Assembly: GCA_049513715.1 (NCBI GenBank)
Contig: JBEKVV010000003.1
Span: 160,001-224,000, forward strand
DNA length: 64,000 bases
Source of the DNA: Candidatus Bathyarchaeia archaeon
GTDB taxonomy: Archaea > Thermoproteota > Bathyarchaeia > 40CM-2-53-6
Reading direction: 5' to 3'
In this document: piece after piece, positions 1 to 8,444 of the stretch
Numbering within the stretch: the stretch's first letter is position 1
How the letters are laid out: every line of letters begins with the position of its first letter
Program-made: the position numbers and the translations under genes
The notes under the pieces: generated by a model
Database searches by the model: none
The model's input: the letters and a program-made list of their open reading frames with translations, nothing else
Told to the model about the DNA's origin: nothing

Positions 1-71
1 AGGATCCTGTGTTCGCGGAGTCAAGCACCACTTCATGATCCTGTGGTTTGCGAAGGCCGTTGAAAAGGTCT

Positions 72-114
72 TTAGTCCCACAAATCGTGGGTTCCTATCC
101 CACCGGCCCCACCA
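72..114 (+). repeat. Degenerate att-like site (tRNA 3'-end-like core plus arm), third copy
   Basis: 87-114 GTGGGTTCCTATCCCACCGGCCCCACCA matches the 28-bp core at 6055 and 21344 at 26/28 positions. It is preceded by TTAGTCCCAC, as at 21329. Confidence 0.8.
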
Positions 115-225
115 CATGTGGCGATACGGCCGGGGCTCATGGCAGCTTCGGAACTTGAGATCTATTTCTACCCTTCCTCTTCCTTCCTCTTGCAGGGCGT
201 CCTCGAACTCTATGATAACGAGTAG

Positions 226-1032
226 TTACACGGCGACCCTTGGATACAATCGTGCTGCGACGGCCACATTTACCGCTACTGCAATCAACAGGAACGCGAA
301 GTCGAATGCCAGCCCATAGACGTTGGGGCCGTCGATGATCATTAGTGCTCTTAATGCGTCCACTTCATATGTCAGAGGGTTGATTTGCGATATCGATTGT
401 AGCCATCCAGGCATTATCGATATCGGATAGATTGCGTTGCTCGCGAAGAAGAGCGGCATCGTAAGTATTTGACCGATACCCATGAACCGTTCCCTCGTCT
501 TCACCAGACATGCAATAATCAACGAGAATGTCGAGAAAAGGGCCGAACCAAGAATGACGACCACCAAAACCCCGATGAGCGAGAGAATGTCCCAATTCAG
601 ATGCACGCCCAACGCGAGAGCCAACAAGTAAACAATGACGGCTTGAGCCAACCCTCGCTCACCTGCTGACAACGCCTTGCCTAACACGAGAGCTGAACGA
701 GGCGCTGGGCTAGCCAAGAACTTGTGAATGATCCCTAAGTCACGCTCCCAAATCACCGCGATGCCGTAGAATATCGCGATGAAGAGAACGCTTTGAGCAA
801 GTATCCCTGGTGCCATGAAATCTATGTAGGGCAATTTTCCAGTAGGTATTGCTCTTACGGTAGTCATTACTTCACCAAATATCAGAAGCCACAGCGCCGG
901 TTGAACTGCGCGGGTAATCAGCTCAGTGAAATCGTGATGAAGTTTGCGCGCCTCAAGTTCAGCGATTGTAAGCGTGTCCCCGACAAAGTTGTTTAGAATT
1001 GTAAGATAGCTGCCAAACCTCATGTATTGCAA
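226..1032 (-). CDS. ABC-2 type exporter permease (DrrB-like)
   Basis: Hydrophobic 268-aa ORF with YIDFMAPGILAQSVLF, ERDLG and INPLTYEVDALR motifs. Directly downstream of an ABC ATPase. Confidence 0.9.
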   Translation of the reverse strand: MQYMRFGSYLTILNNFVGDTLTIAELEARKLHHDFTELITRAVQPALWLLIFGEVMTTVRAIPTGKLPYIDFMAPGILAQSVLFIAIFYGIAVIWERDLGIIHKFLASPAPRSALVLGKALSAGERGLAQAVIVYLLALALGVHLNWDILSLIGVLVVVILGSALFSTFSLIIACLVKTRERFMGIGQILTMPLFFASNAIYPISIMPGWLQSISQINPLTYEVDALRALMIIDGPNVYGLAFDFAFLLIAVAVNVAVAARLYPRVAV

Positions 1033-1033
1033 T

Positions 1034-1876
1034 TCAACCGACCCTCCTTACAACGCGCCTCGTCCTCGAAACCTCTCGATAACCTCCTCCAGACTCGACC
1101 TCGTAGCCCGAATAGTATGCGAACACGTCATCAAGCGTCGCGCCGTTTCCAACCGATTCCTTAAGTTGAGCCGGCGTTCCGACCGCGGCCATCTTACCCA
1201 AGTGCATAATCCCTACCCGGCTACAAAATTGATCAGCCTCATCCATGTAATGGGTGGTTAGGAATATGGTAGTTCCATAGTCAGATCGAAGCCGTTGAAC
1301 GTGCTCCCAAACCGCCTTCCTAGCTACCGGATCCAATCCAATGGTCGGTTCATCTAGGAAGAGAATACGGGGCCTATGCAACATAGCCTGCGCAATTTCG
1401 AGCCGCCGAATCATGCCTCCAGAATAATTACGAACCAGCTTATCGGACACTGCGGACAAACCCATAAAATCCAAAGCATCGCGAATGCGGCTGTCACGCT
1501 CCCTTCTAGAAATATGATACAGTTTAGCAAAGATCAGCAGGTTCTCATAGCCCGTCAGCCCCCCGTCGGCTGAAAGTAGCTGTGGCACGTACCCGATCAC
1601 TCGTCTGACTTGCGATGCCTGATGAATTATGTCGAAACCAGCCACGAAGGCGTCTCCAGAAGTTGGCGGCAGCAAGGTCGTTAACATCTTGATTACCGTC
1701 GTCTTTCCGGCTCCGTTGGGCCCTACCAAGCCGAACACCTCGCCAGTCTCTACGGAAATGGTTAGTTGATCCACAGCGGTTAAGGCACTAAACCGCCTGG
1801 TTAGCAACTTTGTTTCGAGAACGAATCCTGCCTGACCTTCTTGTCGGCTGATAGATTCGACTTTAAGAGATGGCAC
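1034..1876 (-). CDS. ABC exporter ATP-binding protein (DrrA-like)
   Basis: Walker A GPNGAGKTT, signature YSGGM, Walker B LFLDEPT, TTHYMDEA. Confidence 0.95.
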   Translation of the reverse strand: MPSLKVESISRQEGQAGFVLETKLLTRRFSALTAVDQLTISVETGEVFGLVGPNGAGKTTVIKMLTTLLPPTSGDAFVAGFDIIHQASQVRRVIGYVPQLLSADGGLTGYENLLIFAKLYHISRRERDSRIRDALDFMGLSAVSDKLVRNYSGGMIRRLEIAQAMLHRPRILFLDEPTIGLDPVARKAVWEHVQRLRSDYGTTIFLTTHYMDEADQFCSRVGIMHLGKMAAVGTPAQLKESVGNGATLDDVFAYYSGYEVESGGGYREVSRTRRVVRRVG

Positions 1877-2334
1877 TAGTCAACCGCCTTCCTGAAAATC
1901 CGTTTCAGCACTTGCATAGCTTCAATCACGGTCGCACGTTCAGTTGCTGAAAGCTGTCCAATTTTCTCCTCTAGGTAACTCGCAGCGGCCTCATGCGCCA
2001 CCCGGAGCGTTGCGCGTCCGCGTTCCGTTAATGTAAGCGTCATACGCCGGCGGTCTTCTGGATGAGTTTGGCGAATCACTAAACCCTTCATCACAATACT
2101 GTCTACTAGTGCGGACATCGAGGGCAACGTGAGACCGATATGTTCAGCGACGTCAGATAATGACGTTCCCTCATGTCGGTTCAAGTAGGCGAGAGTGCGA
2201 AACTGAGGAACAGACACTTCTTTAGCGCCATGCTTTCGCAGCTGGGCTCGAATTGCACGCATTGCCAACGGCACAACGTCCAGAACCTCGCGGCCACACG
2301 CGCCAATTGACGTTTGAATCGTATTGGCACCCAT
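1876..2334 (-). CDS. MarR family transcriptional regulator
   Basis: VSVPQFRTL...LSDVAEHIGLTLPSMSALVD...EDRRRMTLTLTERG winged HTH pattern. First gene of the exporter operon. Confidence 0.92.
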   Translation of the reverse strand: MGANTIQTSIGACGREVLDVVPLAMRAIRAQLRKHGAKEVSVPQFRTLAYLNRHEGTSLSDVAEHIGLTLPSMSALVDSIVMKGLVIRQTHPEDRRRMTLTLTERGRATLRVAHEAAASYLEEKIGQLSATERATVIEAMQVLKRIFRKAVD

Positions 2335-2463
2335 GATATTTCGCTTTTCGAATGATTAGGGAAGCTAAGTATTTAATGCTCATCCCTAGGTACGCATTGC
2401 AGTAATTTGGGCCGCGCGTTAATTCCAGTCGTTGACGAGGGAATCCACACAGGACAGGAGGTA

Positions 2464-2595
2464 ATGAGTAACGAACCTGGTGCAGTTCAACTTTTCAGGT
2501 GCCCATCTTGCATGAAAACTTGCTACTACCTATGCGATTATTGCAGGCGATGCCCAGATGTTGCGATTGCAGCGCCAATACGGACCCTGCCCTAA
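2464..2595 (+). CDS. Small Cys-rich peptide (CxxC repeats), possibly frameshifted
   Basis: GGAGG RBS before ATG 2464. Reads CPSCMKTCYYLCDYCRRCP; a CCDC motif continues in another frame. Confidence 0.4.
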   Translation: MSNEPGAVQLFRCPSCMKTCYYLCDYCRRCPDVAIAAPIRTLP

Positions 2596-2724
2596 CTCAA
2601 GGAGGAGACTGAAGCAATGCAACTCATCTACAAAGACGAACTCGGCGTTTTGTCTTGCGACAATCGAGTTTCTGTCAGTGTATACTTTCCTAGTTCATTA
2701 GATTAGATTTTGTGAGGAATAGAT

Positions 2725-3192
2725 TTGGAACCCCATGTCGAACCTGAATTCAAGCGTCTACTAGTGGCTGTTGACGGTTCAGATAACGCGGCTCGAGCAG
2801 CAAAGGTTGCTGTGACTTTGGCTGAGAAGTTCGGAGCGGAGTTGATCGTTTGTCATGTTATTCCAACACCAAGCTACCCGCTCGCGCAAGCTGGCATGGT
2901 CGGCCCCGCAACGATACTAGGTGATTACTTCGCCGCTGCTCGCAAAGATGCAAAGAAGGTGGTTGACGAAGCTGTGAGGCTTGCAGAAATGGGGGGTGTG
3001 AAAGCGATCGGTGTAATACGCGACAACGTGTTCTCGGTCGTGGAAGCTATAGTGAACCTTGCAGAGGACAGGAATGTCGATCTAATCGTAATCGGGACTC
3101 GAGGCCTGACCGGTTTTAGAAGACTATTGATCGGAAGCGTCTCGTCAGGAGTAGTCGGCCACGCCCACTGTTCAGTATTCCTAGTTAGGTGA
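2725..3192 (+). CDS. Universal stress protein (UspA family)
   Basis: FKRLLVAVDGS at the N-terminus; DLIVIGTRGLTGFRRLLIGSVSSGVVGHAHCSVFLVR at the C-terminus. Confidence 0.95.
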   Translation: MEPHVEPEFKRLLVAVDGSDNAARAAKVAVTLAEKFGAELIVCHVIPTPSYPLAQAGMVGPATILGDYFAAARKDAKKVVDEAVRLAEMGGVKAIGVIRDNVFSVVEAIVNLAEDRNVDLIVIGTRGLTGFRRLLIGSVSSGVVGHAHCSVFLVR

Positions 3193-3207
3193 GGAGGAGC
3201 AGTAATC

Positions 3208-3387
3208 TTGGCTAGCATAGGAAACACTATCGGAGTCGAATCAATATCCCCGGTGCTTGGCTATGCGATTGAGACGCATGGTCTAACAAAGCGATTCAAT
3301 AGTTTCACTGCGGTAGACCATGTGAACCTCAACCTGCCCAGCCACTTCAAGATAACCGAAAGTAGAAATGTCACCTATACTGCGTAA
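3208..3387 (+). pseudogene. Truncated N-terminal fragment of an ABC ATPase
   Basis: Translates to ...YAIETHGLTKRFNSFTAVDHVNL..., then diverges and stops before Walker A. Resembles the N-terminus of 1034-1876 (VLETKLLTRRFSALTAVDQL). Preceded by GAGGAGG. Confidence 0.7.
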
Positions 3388-3413
3388 CAATGCTCTTCTG
3401 CTGGCGTACCTCA

Positions 3414-4853
3414 ATGGATTACAAGTGGAAGGCTTTCTCGGTAACGTCCGTCGGTTCCTTGATGTCGGCGGTTGACAGCACAATCGTTCTTCTGGCGCTG
3501 CTTCCCATTGCTGAAGAGATCCGCTCGGATTATGTAACGATGGTCTGGGTCGTGATTGCGTACATTCTGGCCAACACGGCTCTAGTTCTAAGTCTCGGCC
3601 GTTTGGCGGACATGTATGGAAGAAAACGAATGTACAATGTTGGTTTCGTGGTTTTCATAGTGGGGTCAGCGCTCTGCGGTTTCGCAGCCAGTGGGCTGAC
3701 ACTGGTAGGGTTTAGGGCGGTGCAGGGCGTAGGCGCCGCACTACTTGCGGCAAACTCCTTCGCTATTCTGTCCGAAGCCTTCCCTAGGGATGAGAGGGGA
3801 AGAGCGTTCGGAGCGAGCTCTATTGTGTGGGGTTCAGGGACGATTCTGGGAATAGTTCTCGGTGGTCTAATTATCACCTACACAAGCTGGCGTATCATTT
3901 TCCTGATCAATGTCCCAATAGGAGCGTTCGGGACGCTTTGGGCGTACCGAACGTTGAGGGAAGCCAAAAATGGTGCAGGGAAGCAGTCTTTCGACCTCCC
4001 AGCAACCACGGCATTCACGGTAGGGCTGCTTGCTCTGCTGCTTGGGGTTAGTTGGGGGCTTGTCTACTCGTGGGCGGACCCAATAACGATCGTTTCGATC
4101 ACCGCTTCGCCGTTCTTCTTCTCATTCTTTGTTTACTGGGAGATAAGACACAGCAGGGATCCGGTGATAGATTTCTCACTCTTCAAGAACAGAGTTTTCG
4201 CACTGTCCATTGTCACGGCCATGCTTCAGTCTCTGGCGTTGTTCAGCGTCAACTTTCTGTTGATCTTCTACCTTGAAGGCATAGCTGGGCTTTCCGTACT
4301 CACCGCATCTTACCTGATAATTCCGATGGCCATTGTATCCTCCGTTGTGGGGCCTTTCGCTGGTTTACTTTCCGACAGGTTTGGTGCGAGGGTCATAGCT
4401 TCGATGGGGTTGGTTATCCAGATGGCGGTCTTATTCCTGTTGAGTCGACTAACGGCTACCACCACATTGTTGCAGGTTGGGATGATTGAAGGGTTCTACG
4501 GCCTAGGTGGCGGTTTATTCTGGCCTGCAAATACGAGTGCGATAATGGCTTCCTCGCCTCCGGCAAGGTACGGGGTGACTTCCGGTATTATGAACACTTT
4601 CAGGAACACGGGCATGGTGATGAGCTTCGTGCTATCGCTCACAGCTGTCACAGGCGTCATTCCAGCGTACATAGTCTACCAGCTCTTCATAGGGAACTTC
4701 TCTGGAACATTGGCGCCGAACTTCGCAGCCGCATACCTTTCAGGCCAAAGCTTCGCGTTCGAACTGTCCGCAATACTGTTGATATTGGCGACAGTCTTCT
4801 CATTAGTTAGGGGCAAGGAGACGAGGCAAGTTGCATCAGCCACTGAGGTCTAA
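3414..4853 (+). CDS. MFS drug/H+ antiporter, DHA2 (EmrB/QacA) family
   Basis: GRLADMYGRKR motif A, FRAVQGVG, WRIIFLINVPIG, about 14 hydrophobic segments. Start placed at ATG 3414. Confidence 0.93.
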   Translation: MDYKWKAFSVTSVGSLMSAVDSTIVLLALLPIAEEIRSDYVTMVWVVIAYILANTALVLSLGRLADMYGRKRMYNVGFVVFIVGSALCGFAASGLTLVGFRAVQGVGAALLAANSFAILSEAFPRDERGRAFGASSIVWGSGTILGIVLGGLIITYTSWRIIFLINVPIGAFGTLWAYRTLREAKNGAGKQSFDLPATTAFTVGLLALLLGVSWGLVYSWADPITIVSITASPFFFSFFVYWEIRHSRDPVIDFSLFKNRVFALSIVTAMLQSLALFSVNFLLIFYLEGIAGLSVLTASYLIIPMAIVSSVVGPFAGLLSDRFGARVIASMGLVIQMAVLFLLSRLTATTTLLQVGMIEGFYGLGGGLFWPANTSAIMASSPPARYGVTSGIMNTFRNTGMVMSFVLSLTAVTGVIPAYIVYQLFIGNFSGTLAPNFAAAYLSGQSFAFELSAILLILATVFSLVRGKETRQVASATEV

Positions 4854-4856
4854 GTC

Positions 4857-5558
4857 ATGGAGCTTGGGCGAAACATCCACCTGATACCTGAGATAAGGGG
4901 AGCAAACACCTACGCGGTCTTAGGAGAGACTCAAGCCGGAGGTGAAGGTCATTTGACATTGATTGATACGGGTATGCCAGGGAACGCCCCCAGGATAATT
5001 GAGTTTCTCAAGTCGCTTGGCAAGGAGCAGATAGGCAGTTTAACCATTATTCTCACCCACCCAGACATAGACCATTCTGGAAGCGTTGCAGAACTCAAAG
5101 AGAAGCTAGGAAACGTGAAGGTAGCAATTCACGAAGCCGATGCTCCACGCCTCACCGGAGAAAAACCCCTCAAAGAAGTACGAGGGCTCGTCGGCCTGCT
5201 GTTCAAGGCAATGTCTCCGTTCATGAAGTTCAAGCCTGTGAAGCCAGATGTTCTACTCAAAGATGGAGAACAGGTAGACGGGCTAAGCGTGATCCATACT
5301 CCCGGCCACACGCAAGGTAGCATATGCCTGTACGGTGAAAGATTGAAGGCCATGTTCGCAGGCGACGCTCTTAGAACCGACAAAAACAGAAGGCCCAAGC
5401 TTCCTTCAGCGACCATGACGCTCAACATTGCCGAGGCGAAGAATTCCATAAGAAAGATTGCGTCCTATGAATTCGAACTCTTGCTTCCAGGCCACGGCCC
5501 GCCCATTCTTACGGACGCCTCCAAGAAGGTTAAGGAATTAGTCGCAAGCCTAGGTTAG
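4857..5558 (+). CDS. MBL-fold metallo-hydrolase
   Basis: LIDTG, THPDIDHSG, HTPGHT, FAGDA and PGHG motifs. Confidence 0.93.
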   Translation: MELGRNIHLIPEIRGANTYAVLGETQAGGEGHLTLIDTGMPGNAPRIIEFLKSLGKEQIGSLTIILTHPDIDHSGSVAELKEKLGNVKVAIHEADAPRLTGEKPLKEVRGLVGLLFKAMSPFMKFKPVKPDVLLKDGEQVDGLSVIHTPGHTQGSICLYGERLKAMFAGDALRTDKNRRPKLPSATMTLNIAEAKNSIRKIASYEFELLLPGHGPPILTDASKKVKELVASLG

Positions 5559-5596
5559 GAATATCCGGCAAACAACATGCTGGCTTAGGAACGGCA

Positions 5597-5893
5597 CTAT
5601 TGGTTTTGCTTGCGAGTTCCCTTTGGCACGTAATCGAAGAATCTTTCGACTGTGTTGCCCGAAGTCCATTCTGTGCGGATCCTGGTTCTTTTCTCCACTC
5701 TGCGCATCTCTGACAATAGCATGCGATTGAGGGCTCGCGCGCTTTCTCCTTCGAGGTCTGCTTCAACTTCGAATCCGTTCTCGATCGATTTGATTGCTCC
5801 CTTACCACTAATGAGCCTCTCAAGGATTGGCCGGATGCCGGATGGATTATCACTGCTTATACGTGCCGATAGCCTGAACTTCTTATGAGTCAT
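5597..5893 (-). CDS. Hypothetical protein (98 aa)
   Basis: ATG-initiated ORF with protein-like composition filling the intergenic space. No motif recognised. Confidence 0.6.
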   Translation of the reverse strand: MTHKKFRLSARISSDNPSGIRPILERLISGKGAIKSIENGFEVEADLEGESARALNRMLLSEMRRVEKRTRIRTEWTSGNTVERFFDYVPKGTRKQNQ

Positions 5894-6033
5894 TATGGTT
5901 CTTTCCGTTTCGCACTTTTCGAATACACGGCTAGGCAGTCGTTCCTCTCTCGTACAGCTGGAAGTTTGAACTCATTAATGGTTCGCAGCGTCTCTGGGCG
6001 ATAAGAATAGGATTGTCAGCGAACCTGTGAGGG

Positions 6034-6082
6034 GATCCCGTGGCGTGGGCCTTCGTGGGTTCAAATCCCACCGGCCCCACCA
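6034..6082 (+). tRNA. tRNA 3'-half fragment (class II/Leu-like variable arm, T-arm, acceptor 3' strand, CCA); no 5' half present
   Basis: GATCCCG-T-GGC GTGG GCC-TTC-GTGGG TTCAAAT CCCAC-CGGCCCC-A-CCA. The complementary GGGGCCG 5' strand and D-arm are absent upstream. Confidence 0.65.
6055..6082 (+). repeat. attL core (28-bp direct repeat)
   Basis: GTGGGTTCAAATCCCACCGGCCCCACCA, identical to 21344-21371 and 60 bp upstream of the integrase. Confidence 0.9.
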
Positions 6083-6141
6083 CTTATGGGACTATGACAA
6101 ACCATATTTAACCACGCCCTGCCCTTTCCATTCGAAAGCCC

Positions 6142-7554
6142 TTGCCTTACAAGAGTCTTGAGAGCTTCCTGACCAAGACTGACGATCCTTGTGTCAAGGA
6201 ATGGATATTGAGCCTTAGAGAGGGCTCAAAGACCTACGTGCCATACGTTCTGGATTTTGTCGAATGGGGCAAGGCTCACAAGCATTGGAAATCGCCCAGC
6301 GATGATTTGCTTCCCCGCTGGAAACGACTGCGAAAGAGCAAGAATGAGGATGCCCAGAACGACTTTCTTTCAATAATACATGACTACGTTAGTGACAAGA
6401 GTGACAGGCATGGCAAGTTAACTGGCAACGTTGACCGCCAGAACTGTTGGGCGGCAATCTGCAACTTCTTCAGACACAAACACAAGTACAAGAAAATCGG
6501 CAAGCAGCCACTGCCCGATCTAGACCCGGAAGATGAAGACCGGCTATTCAGGATAAGCGAAGGGGACAAACTGAGAGCGCAGTTCATTGGTTCTATGAAT
6601 GTGGACGAGGCAAACCTCATCATCGAAAACGCCCCAATGCCCTACCGAGCAGTCTTTGTGGTTATGCTTCAAGCCGGATTCGGTGGAGCTGAATTCCAGA
6701 TATTCAATGAAACCGCTTGGCGTGAGATCGTGAAAGACACTGCAAACCCGAAGGAATTCCCGAAGGAACTCCGTCCAGGTTCCCTCGCCAAGGTGCAGAT
6801 TCTACGCAGTAAGACAAGCCGAAGGCAAGCCCAGACGTACTACACCTATCTGACTGACGATGCGAAGAAATTGATCAGTGAGTGGCTTAGAATGCGCCCC
6901 GTCTGCGACCTACCTCACCTATTCATAATCAAGCAGAAAGGGAGAAGAAAGACTGGGACATACGCTCCAGTTACTACGCCACTTATCGAGAATACAATGA
7001 CGGCACTTGCCAAGAGGTTCAACATGTTGAGACCGCAGGAATTGCAGATTCACCGCTATCACATAACGCCGCACAAGCTCCGCAAAGTCTTCGAAGGACT
7101 CTGTCTGACTAGCGGCGTTGACGAGTGGGCGGTTGACTTCTTCCTCGGTCACAAACCCAGTCGCTACAATGAAGTGCCCTGGACAACTCCGAAAAAGATG
7201 GAAGAAGAGTATCAGAGAGCCGTACCTACGCTGAATATTCTCTCAAGTCCTAACAGGGCGAGAAGCAAACAGGATATGATGCGTGTTGCACAAACGGAAT
7301 TCAAGAAGCTGGTACTTTCTGAGAGGTTTCCGGGAAGAGAGATTACGCAAGATGATGTTGAGGGCAAGAGTATGGATGAGATTTTCAGGATGACTCGGGA
7401 GCACTCCCGGGGTCGTGAAAGGCATGCAGACAAGGTGAGAAAGCAGAAGGTCGTGTCTATGAAGGCACTTGCCAAGTGGGTTGACAGCGGCTGGGAGTTT
7501 GTGCAGAAAGTGTCCGATAAGCAGGTGATTATTCGGTCTCCGCCATCCGCTTAG
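6142..7554 (+). CDS. int: Tyrosine recombinase/integrase
   Basis: HITPHKLRK (HxxR), FFLGH and a catalytic Tyr in SRYNE. C-terminal QKVV...GWEFV tail. The first catalytic Arg region reads QAGFGGAE, which is divergent. Adjacent to an att site. Confidence 0.85.
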   Translation: MPYKSLESFLTKTDDPCVKEWILSLREGSKTYVPYVLDFVEWGKAHKHWKSPSDDLLPRWKRLRKSKNEDAQNDFLSIIHDYVSDKSDRHGKLTGNVDRQNCWAAICNFFRHKHKYKKIGKQPLPDLDPEDEDRLFRISEGDKLRAQFIGSMNVDEANLIIENAPMPYRAVFVVMLQAGFGGAEFQIFNETAWREIVKDTANPKEFPKELRPGSLAKVQILRSKTSRRQAQTYYTYLTDDAKKLISEWLRMRPVCDLPHLFIIKQKGRRKTGTYAPVTTPLIENTMTALAKRFNMLRPQELQIHRYHITPHKLRKVFEGLCLTSGVDEWAVDFFLGHKPSRYNEVPWTTPKKMEEEYQRAVPTLNILSSPNRARSKQDMMRVAQTEFKKLVLSERFPGREITQDDVEGKSMDEIFRMTREHSRGRERHADKVRKQKVVSMKALAKWVDSGWEFVQKVSDKQVIIRSPPSA

Positions 7555-7996
7555 CCTTTGCATCGAGCATCCTGCCGTAAGCATCGAGCATGACATCATA
7601 CTCCCATGTTGCAACCGTTTCACGCTTGTCTGACGAAATTGTATCCTTTAATTCGTTATCAATGGGAATCCAATCCCTAGCCCACTCTTGGAGCTTCTTG
7701 AGATTCGTTGTTTCCTCACGCACGACAGGTCGCACCTTTCGTTTCTGTCGCTTCTTTCTGAGAGGTTGCACACGAGTTCTGTGTTTGAGTTGTGATCTTG
7801 CAATTGCCTCTAACGCCTTCTTACGTAGAAGCTCACTGACCTTCTCTGAGGGCACTAATGCCAAGTCTCCCAGCCCAGCGATTTGCGCCGCCGTGTAGCC
7901 CGCCGTTTCAAAGAAGACAAGTCTGCCCGAACGCAACAGTTCGTTCGCTCTTTCCTTTCCGGTCTTGGAAACCTTGTCCTCTGACAATGCTAACAC
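7529..7996 (-). CDS. Hypothetical protein resembling an integrase C-terminal helical domain
   Basis: RLVFFETAGYTAAQIAGLGDLALVPSEKVSELLRKK segment and a basic patch. Convergent with, and overlapping, the 3' end of int. Confidence 0.55.
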   Translation of the reverse strand: MLALSEDKVSKTGKERANELLRSGRLVFFETAGYTAAQIAGLGDLALVPSEKVSELLRKKALEAIARSQLKHRTRVQPLRKKRQKRKVRPVVREETTNLKKLQEWARDWIPIDNELKDTISSDKRETVATWEYDVMLDAYGRMLDAKAKRMAETE

Positions 7997-8168
7997 AACC
8001 GTTATTCGTTGTTGGTTTCTTATTTCTGTTGCAGGGCGGTAGTTCTAGCATATACTCACTCCAAGTCCGAAGGGATTTTCATGTTTGCATCAAGCAAATC
8101 CATTCTGAAACGACACATTTTGAGCCGTTTTGCTAATCCACAGACGACGGGTTTCCTCAAAACCGAAT

Positions 8169-8350
8169 CTAACCCTCTGAGTAAAGAGCATGCCAAGTAC
8201 GATGCTCTGCCATGTCAACCAACAGCCCACTGTAGGACTGGGCGGTTATAACTCGACCACATTTCGGGCAAGTCAGTCTGAAAAGCCGTTGACCTTTTCA
8301 TTTACAATGATGTCCGCTTCTGGCATGCCTTCTGCTTCGTGATTGGTCAT
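8169..8350 (-). pseudogene. Small CxxC...HxxxH zinc-finger protein, frameshifted
   Basis: FRLTCPKCGRVITAQSYSGLLVDMAEHRTWHALYSEG* (stop 8169-8171) joins upstream MPEADIIVNEKVNG only through a shift at a T4 run near 8281-8284. Confidence 0.4.
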
Positions 8351-8444
8351 CCATGCTCTCCTCGAAATTGCTGGTGATTCGCAAAACGCTTTACTTCGCA
8401 AAGGCTAAGGGATTCGTGCATTAACACTGTCCTGCCGATAATCC

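Noticed and set aside
35..319. 94-aa ORF at the window start
   Set aside because: It runs through the att-like site and overlaps the permease 3' end; no protein-like features.
2338..5924. Similar TTTCGC(AC)TTTTCGAAT motifs upstream of marR (2338-2353) and the 98-aa gene (5908-5924) as a shared operator
   Set aside because: Half-sites are only 4 bp and the spacer lengths differ; could be chance.
5960..6082. Intact tRNA gene at attL
   Set aside because: No GGGGCCG acceptor 5' strand or D-arm upstream; only the 3' half is present.
8298..8354. Selenocysteine read-through of the TGA in MDDQ...HHCK*KGQRLFRLTCPKC
   Set aside because: The TGA is not at a Cys-equivalent position, no SECIS-like element was recognised, and a frameshift explains the ORF more simply.
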